Shown piece by piece: positions 59,386 to 64,000 of a stretch of 64,000 nt of DNA. The DNA lies in assembly GCA_900315985.1 (NCBI GenBank), contig ONBD01000002.1:520-64519 (forward strand), read 5' to 3'. A program made the translations under genes and the position numbers. Each line of letters starts with the position of its first letter. Position 1 is the first letter of the stretch. The DNA is from an uncultured Eubacteriales bacterium. Lineage in GTDB: Bacteria; Bacillota; Clostridia; Oscillospirales; Acutalibacteraceae. The notes under the pieces are model-generated. The model was not told the DNA's origin. It worked only from the letters and a program-made list of their open reading frames with translations, and did not search any database.

Positions 59386-60407
59386 ATGAATATTCCTTTC
59401 TCAACATTTGAAAAAATGCATGCGGATATCCGTGAGGAAATGCTTGCGAAATTTGCCGAAATTTATGATAAAGGTTGGTTTATCCAGGGCAAGGAATACG
59501 CAGCGTTTGAAGAAGAATTTGCCTCATATTGCGGCGCAAAATACGGCATAGGCGTAGGTAACGGACTTGATGCCATTTATTTAACCCTGCGTGCGCTCGG
59601 CATAGGCGAGGGCAGCGAGGTGATTATTCCCTCCAACACCTTTATTGCTACAGCGCTTGCGGTGTCTTATTCCGGTGCTACTCCGGTATTGGTTGACCCT
59701 GACAGGGTTACTTACAATATGTGCGCAAAAGGGCTTGAGGAGGCGCTTACCGATAAAACAAAAGCCGTAATACCCGTTCACCTTTACGGTCAGGCGGCAG
59801 AAATGGACGAGGTACTTGCCTTTGCAGAAAAGCATAACCTCTATGTTGTCGAGGATTGTGCTCAGGCACACGGCGCACTTTATAAGGGCAAAAAGGTTGG
59901 CACTTTCGGAATTGCAGGGAATTAGCCGATAAAGTGCGTGCAATAGCAAATTACGGTTCCAAAGAAAAATATAACCATATTTATATGGGTACGAACAGTC
60001 GTCTTGATGAAATGCAGGCAGGTTTTTTAAGAATTAAGCTTAAGCATCTTGATGAATATAACGCTGACCGCAACAGAGTTGCACAGAGGTATTTAAGCGG
60101 TATTAAAAACCCCTGTGTAAGACTTCCCGAAATAGGTGAAAACAGAACGCACATCTGGCATATTTTCCCGATATTCAGCGAGCGTCGGGACGAGCTTGAA
60201 GTATATTTGCTCGAAAAGGGTATAGGCGTAGCAAAGCATTATCCCACAGCCATTAACAATCAAAAGGCATATGCTTATCTTGATTTGCCCCATTTTCCCT
60301 TTGCCGAGGAGATTTCTGCAACCGAATTGAGCCTTCCTATGTTTGTCGGTATGACAGATGAGCAAATCGATTATGTAATAGATGCAATAAACGGTTTTAA
60401 CGGGTGA
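59386..60407 (+). pseudogene. DegT/DnrJ/EryC1-family sugar aminotransferase disrupted by an internal out-of-frame deletion
   Basis: The N-terminal part (59386-59925) ends ...[13 protein letters not shown]-stop. The C-terminal part resumes in another frame with [14 protein letters not shown] (from 59919). The expected segment with the PLP lysine between them is absent. Confidence 0.75.
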
Positions 60408-60411
60408 TTAT

Positions 60412-60918
60412 ATGAAATTGAGAAAACCTTTGATTAAGGACGCAGACCGTATGCTTGAGTGGATGCATGACGAGCGCACAAAGGAAATATTTGCAACGGA
60501 TTTTGCGAGTTTTACCCGTGAAAATGTTGAAAACTTTATAAAAAGCTGCGCCGACGATAAGGAAAATGTTAATTTTGTCTGCGTTGATGACAGCGACAGA
60601 TATCTCGGCACCGTCAGCCTGAAGCATGTTGACAGAAAGGCTTTAAATGCCGAGTATGCAGTCAGCTTCTGCTATGATGCGCAGGGAACGGGCGCTGCGT
60701 CCTTTGCTACAAAAGCGATACTCAGATACGCTTTTGAAACTCTCGGACTTGAAAGAGTATATCTCAATGTTATTCCTCAGAACGGACGGGCTAACGCTTT
60801 TTATGAAAAAATGGGTTTTAAGCCTGAGGGCGAATTCAGAAAGCATATACTTGTTAACGGAAAGCTTTGCAATCTGTGCTGGTATTCAATGCTTAAGGAT
60901 GAATATTTTAATAAATAA
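60412..60918 (+). CDS. GNAT-family N-acetyltransferase (RimJ/RimL-like)
   Basis: 168 aa; ...LGTVSLKHVD...AEYAVSF...QGTGAASFATKAILRYAFETLGLERVYLNV...N.RANAFYEKMGF. Confidence 0.85.
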   Translation: MKLRKPLIKDADRMLEWMHDERTKEIFATDFASFTRENVENFIKSCADDKENVNFVCVDDSDRYLGTVSLKHVDRKALNAEYAVSFCYDAQGTGAASFATKAILRYAFETLGLERVYLNVIPQNGRANAFYEKMGFKPEGEFRKHILVNGKLCNLCWYSMLKDEYFNK

Positions 60919-60938
60919 AGCGTAAAGAAAAATTATTA

Positions 60939-60968
60939 AAGCAGTACGGTTTCCCGTACTGCTTATTT
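60939..60968. terminator. Hairpin terminator between convergent GNAT and XRE genes
   Basis: AAGCAGTACGG-TTTC-CCGTACTGCTT followed by ATTT. Confidence 0.75.
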
Positions 60969-61209
60969 ATATATCCAATAATTCCTCAAATGACTTATTT
61001 AATACTTTCGCAATTACTATCAATTCAATATCGGTAACAAAACGCTTACCGGCTTCAATCCTTTGGATGGCATTTTTATCAATATCCAATCCGTTAATTT
61101 GTAATCTGTCTGCAAGTTCCCGTTGAGAAATATTTAATTGAGTTCTGTACTTTGATATTTGCTGACCGCAAATGTTATTTCTGCCATCGTTGGTTTTATT
61201 TATAAACAT
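60967..61209 (-). CDS. XRE-family HTH transcriptional regulator
   Basis: ICGQQISKYRTQLNISQRELADRLQINGLDIDKNAIQRIEAGKRFVTDIEL. ATG 61209 is 6 nt after SD GGGAGA; the track start 61227 contains that SD. Confidence 0.85.
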   Translation of the reverse strand: MFINKTNDGRNNICGQQISKYRTQLNISQRELADRLQINGLDIDKNAIQRIEAGKRFVTDIELIVIAKVLNKSFEELLDI

Positions 61210-61221
61210 ATCTATTCTCCC

Positions 61222-61299
61222 TGACATTTAGTGCTTGTCAACAAGAAGATTATATGTTATAATGCACTTGAATATTGACATTCACTAAATGTCAATATT
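61222..61299. promoter_or_regulatory. Divergent control region: consensus promoter plus perfect palindromic operator and a third half-site
   Basis: TTGTCA (61235-61240), 17 nt, TATAAT (61258-61263). AATATTGACATT-CACTA-AATGTCAATATT (61271-61299) is a 12-bp perfect inverted repeat. TGACATTTAGTG (61222-61233) is the exact reverse complement of 61283-61294. Confidence 0.65.
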
Positions 61300-61322
61300 A
61301 TGAATTAAAAGGAGAGAAAAAC

Positions 61323-62333
61323 ATGGCTGAAGAGTTAACAATCAACAGAGAAAGAGAATTGGAAGTAGTCAAGACTGCATATTATCTTGAAAACAATCTT
61401 GCGGATTTAAACAAAGAGTATAAAAGATTGAATCAACCTGTGGCTCCGAGCACACCGAAGCTTTTAGAAGTTAAGCCTCAAGAACCGAAGTATCCTGAAA
61501 TAACTGTTCCCGGCACATTATTCAATGATATAAGCTTTTTAAAAAGTGAAGCGTTTAAAAAATGGGGAGCCTTATCGATAGGTTTATTTGCAGGCGGTTG
61601 GATATTATCATCTTTACTATGGAAATTTGTCTTTTTATCTGCTATTGCAGGTTTTGGCGCAATTGTGGGCTTCTTTATGTTCTTGTACAGCTTGTTTCTG
61701 TTCTTAAAAGACCGTAAAACCGTAAAAACACAGCGAACCGAAGAATATATAAACAGTGTTAAAAATTCAGAGGATTATAAGAATACCTGCAAGGAAATAG
61801 ATAAGCAGTGCCAAGCAGAATACGAGCAGAGAAAAAGTGCTGCTCAGGAAGCCTTCGAAAAAGAAACAAAAGAATATGAAGCTGAGAAAAAAGAATATGA
61901 CGAAGTTAAAATGCCTCAGTATTATGAAGAAAAAGAAGCTCTTTCAACAGCAATAAATGACGCAAAAGCAACTCTTGACGAGTTCTATAATACAAATAAG
62001 ATTATCCCTGCACAGTATCACAACATTCCTGCATTGGCTTGGATCTCTCTTTATATGAACACATCGAGCTTTGATTTGAAAAATGCTATTGAGCGTTGGG
62101 ATACATATGTAATGCAGTGCCAGCAGAGGGAGCATATACAGTTAGCCCAGGCACAGGTTAATGTGTTAAATGAACAGCTTAGAAATCAGTCTTACGCTAA
62201 TTGGCTGAACGAACAGTTAGTTGAAATGACCGAACAGGGAAACGATACCTTAAAGAGTATAAGTAATTGGCAAAAGACTGACCTTGCAGTCAGGGAATAC
62301 AGACGAATTAAAGCAAGAAGAAATAAAAGGTAA
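61323..62333 (+). CDS. 336-aa two-TM protein with a long coiled-coil C-terminal region, unknown function
   Basis: ATG 61323 follows SD AAAGGAGAG. Hydrophobic block WGALSIGLFAGGWILSSLLWKFVFLSAIAGFGAIVGFFMFLYSLFLFL, then an E/K/Q-rich region. AT-rich. Confidence 0.7.
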   Translation: MAEELTINRERELEVVKTAYYLENNLADLNKEYKRLNQPVAPSTPKLLEVKPQEPKYPEITVPGTLFNDISFLKSEAFKKWGALSIGLFAGGWILSSLLWKFVFLSAIAGFGAIVGFFMFLYSLFLFLKDRKTVKTQRTEEYINSVKNSEDYKNTCKEIDKQCQAEYEQRKSAAQEAFEKETKEYEAEKKEYDEVKMPQYYEEKEALSTAINDAKATLDEFYNTNKIIPAQYHNIPALAWISLYMNTSSFDLKNAIERWDTYVMQCQQREHIQLAQAQVNVLNEQLRNQSYANWLNEQLVEMTEQGNDTLKSISNWQKTDLAVREYRRIKARRNKR

Positions 62334-62346
62334 TAGTAATAAAAAC

Positions 62347-62372
62347 AGGGAGAATGATTATTCATTCTCCCT
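62347..62372. terminator. Bidirectional terminator hairpin
   Basis: AGGGAGAATGA-TTAT-TCATTCTCCCT flanked by AAAAAC and TTAAAAA. Confidence 0.7.
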
Positions 62373-62391
62373 TTAAAAATATTCATTTATT

Positions 62392-62994
62392 TTACTTCAT
62401 CTTCTCTGCAGCGCATTTGATAAGCTCGACGATTTCGTCTGTTGAGTATTTTTCCGAGCTTACCATCAAATCGTAATTGTTTCTGTCGCCCCAGATTCTG
62501 CCCGTGAAATAGCTGTAATGCTTTGAACGGGAACGGTTGGTCTCTTTAATTGTCTTTTCCGCTTTTTTTGCGTCATAGCCGTATTTTGACATAATACGGT
62601 CAAGCTTTGCGGCGTTTGACGAATACACAAACACATTAAGGCAGTCATAATCGCCTTCAAGAATATAGTTTGCGCATCTTCCGACAATTACGCAGGAACC
62701 TTCCTTTGCAAAATCCCTTATGATATTGCTTTCAACAATATCAATCTGGTCATGAAGCGGCAACTCGCCCGTACGGGTGTAGTTGCCCATAGCAAGATTA
62801 AACATAAGTGAGCTTGTAAAGCGTTGCTCATGTTCGGCTATAAATTCTGCCGAAAAGCCCGTATGTTCTGCGGCTTTTTCAATAATCTGCCTGTCATAAA
62901 ACGGCACACCCAGAGCCTTTGCAAGCTTTTCGCCTATTTCATGACCGCCCGAGCCGAATTCACGGCTTATTGTGATTACAAGATTTTCCTTCAT
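62392..62994 (-). CDS. Cytidylate-kinase-like family P-loop protein
   Basis: ITISREFGSGGHEIGEKLAKALGVPFYDRQII is the hallmark N-terminus of this family. ATG 62994 follows SD AAAGGAG. Confidence 0.8.
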   Translation of the reverse strand: MKENLVITISREFGSGGHEIGEKLAKALGVPFYDRQIIEKAAEHTGFSAEFIAEHEQRFTSSLMFNLAMGNYTRTGELPLHDQIDIVESNIIRDFAKEGSCVIVGRCANYILEGDYDCLNVFVYSSNAAKLDRIMSKYGYDAKKAEKTIKETNRSRSKHYSYFTGRIWGDRNNYDLMVSSEKYSTDEIVELIKCAAEKMK

Positions 62995-63070
62995 AACTGC
63001 CACTCCTTTCTTCAATTTTATTATAGCATAAATTTTAATAAATTGTACTCTAAAATTATTTCAAAACCAC

Positions 63071-63189
63071 TTGAAAATAAATGCGTGCCGTGATAAAATA
63101 TATTGTAATAACCGATTAAAAATCTGCTTATTACAAATTCTGAGTAATAGCAGGGCATTTGCCTTGTCAAGTGCCCTGTTTATTTTTTT
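63071..63189 (+). promoter_or_regulatory. Promoter plus structured leader ending in an intrinsic terminator (candidate attenuator/riboswitch)
   Basis: TTGAAA (63071-63076), 17 nt, TGaTAAAAT (63091-63099). Competing TTGTAATAA / TTATTACAA / GTAATAG pairings. CAGGGCA...TGCCCTG (63151-63178) followed by TTTATTTTTTT, 20 nt before the ATG. Confidence 0.4.
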
Positions 63190-63208
63190 GAAACGGTGTG
63201 ATTGAATT

Positions 63209-64000
63209 ATGAATTATGATGTAATTATTGTAGGCGCAGGCCCGGGGGGTATTTTTTCAGCCTATGAGCTTGTAAACGGCAATAAGGATTTGAAAATTGC
63301 CGTGTTCGAACTTGGCAATCCTCTTGAAAAGCGTAAATGCCCCATTGACGGCAAAAAGGTAAAATCTTGCATTAAATGCCCTATCTGCGCTATAATGAGC
63401 GGCTTCGGCGGCGCAGGCGCATTCTCCGACGGTAAGTACAATATTACAAATCAGTTCGGCGGCACGCTCTATGAGTACATAGGCAAGACTCAGGCAATAG
63501 AGCTTATGCGCTATGTCGACAAAATTAACCTGAAATACGGCGGCGAGGGTACAAAGCTTTATTCGACGGCAAATACTTCCATCAAGAAAAAATGCTTTGA
63601 AAACGACCTGCATCTGCTTGACGCTCAGGTAAGACATCTCGGCACTGATATGAATTATGTAGTGCTTGAAAATATCTATAACGAGCTTAAAGATAAGGTG
63701 GATTTCTATTTCAGAACTGAAATTACCTCTGTAAAAATGACTGACGGCGGCTTTGAGGTTATCTCGGGCGATAAAGCATACAGCTGTAAAAACTGTATAA
63801 TTTCAGTAGGCAGAAGCGGCTCAAAATGGATGGAAACCGTTTGCAAAGAGATGAATATTCCCACAAAGTCAAACAGAGTTGACATCGGCGTAAGAGTTGA
63901 GCTTCCCGCAGAGGTGTTCTCTCACCTTACAGACGAATTGTACGAAAGCAAAATTGTTTACCGTACAAAGCAGTTTGAGGATTTGGTGCGTACCTTCTGT
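63209..64000 (+). CDS. NAD(P)/FAD-dependent oxidoreductase (COG2509-like), 5' part, runs off the window
   Basis: MNYDVIIVGAGPGGIFSAYEL dinucleotide-binding motif. The frame is open for 264 codons to the window end, so it is missing from the ORF track. Confidence 0.8.
   Translation, partial: MNYDVIIVGAGPGGIFSAYELVNGNKDLKIAVFELGNPLEKRKCPIDGKKVKSCIKCPICAIMSGFGGAGAFSDGKYNITNQFGGTLYEYIGKTQAIELMRYVDKINLKYGGEGTKLYSTANTSIKKKCFENDLHLLDAQVRHLGTDMNYVVLENIYNELKDKVDFYFRTEITSVKMTDGGFEVISGDKAYSCKNCIISVGRSGSKWMETVCKEMNIPTKSNRVDIGVRVELPAEVFSHLTDELYESKIVYRTKQFEDLVRTFC

Noticed and set aside
59919-59940. Programmed frameshift or a natural two-subunit aminotransferase at the DegT junction
   Set aside because: There is no slippery heptamer, and a simple +1/-1 shift would still lack the approx 20-25-residue segment with the catalytic lysine. 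An internal deletion explains it better.
63257-63637. 126-aa minus-strand ORF
   Set aside because: It is antisense to the FAD-oxidoreductase frame, which starts with a textbook GxGxxG motif and stays open to the window end.
1-64000. Mobile elements, prophage, CRISPR-Cas, rRNA, restriction-modification or known defence genes
   Set aside because: I saw no integrase, transposase, recombinase, capsid/terminase, Cas, methyltransferase or nuclease signatures in any listed ORF, and no repeat-spacer arrays. The only repeats are the short REP-like hairpins.

Overview
The window reads as chromosomal DNA from an anaerobic, spore-forming Firmicute (Clostridia; Ruminococcaceae/Oscillospiraceae-like, judged from a dockerin, rnfCDGEAB, a bifurcating-type [FeFe]-hydrogenase operon and spoVAD). 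I found no rRNA, CRISPR array, integrase, transposase or obvious prophage. One tRNA-Ala(GGC) is present.

Recognisable core content, in order:
- 3' end of a dockerin protein, a membrane protein plus GH31 glycosidase, and a membrane GGDEF cyclase
- a VTC / DUF4956 / Cthe_2159-like beta-helix lipoprotein cluster and an Fe-alcohol dehydrogenase
- apbE, a NusG-II protein, a Gx transporter and rnfCDGEAB
- a DUF2975 + HTH pair
- a membrane protein, queH and a TVP38 protein
- a MocR regulator divergent from pdxK, an ECF S-component, a radical SAM protein and a Cys-rich protein
- a five-gene NuoE/HATPase/2Fe-2S/NuoF/[FeFe]-hydrogenase operon
- serC-serA, a NahK-like kinase plus GH35, and spoVAD
- a GPH symporter, an O-antigen-ligase-like protein and a large lipoprotein
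- a GntR / ABC ATPase / 869-aa permease operon, and manA
- an SPFH-Zn-ribbon / double-Zn-ribbon / TPM module
- a CsoR-like repressor
- an AT-rich glycan island: GT-C-like membrane protein, two GT2 genes, an FdtA-like isomerase, a broken DegT aminotransferase and a GNAT
- an XRE regulator plus an orphan membrane protein, a cytidylate-kinase-like protein, and the 5' part of an FAD oxidoreductase

Best candidates for something undescribed:
1. An AT-rich orphan operon at 18032-20974 (4-TM protein, 609-aa protein with no recognisable family, and a GC-rich 57-aa Cys/Pro/Ser/Thr peptide) behind a structured leader.
2. The PspA-less ydjI/ydjG/ydjH-like module at 51053-54323.
3. The XRE + orphan coiled-coil membrane protein module at 60967-62333, which has perfect palindromic operators.
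4. The VTC/DUF4956/beta-helix cluster at 5260-8463.

Other observations: an internally deleted DegT gene, a REP-like palindromic repeat family, several operator-like repeats, and three leaders carrying terminator-like hairpins with no upstream gene to terminate.

All family assignments come from reading motifs by eye. No searches were run.
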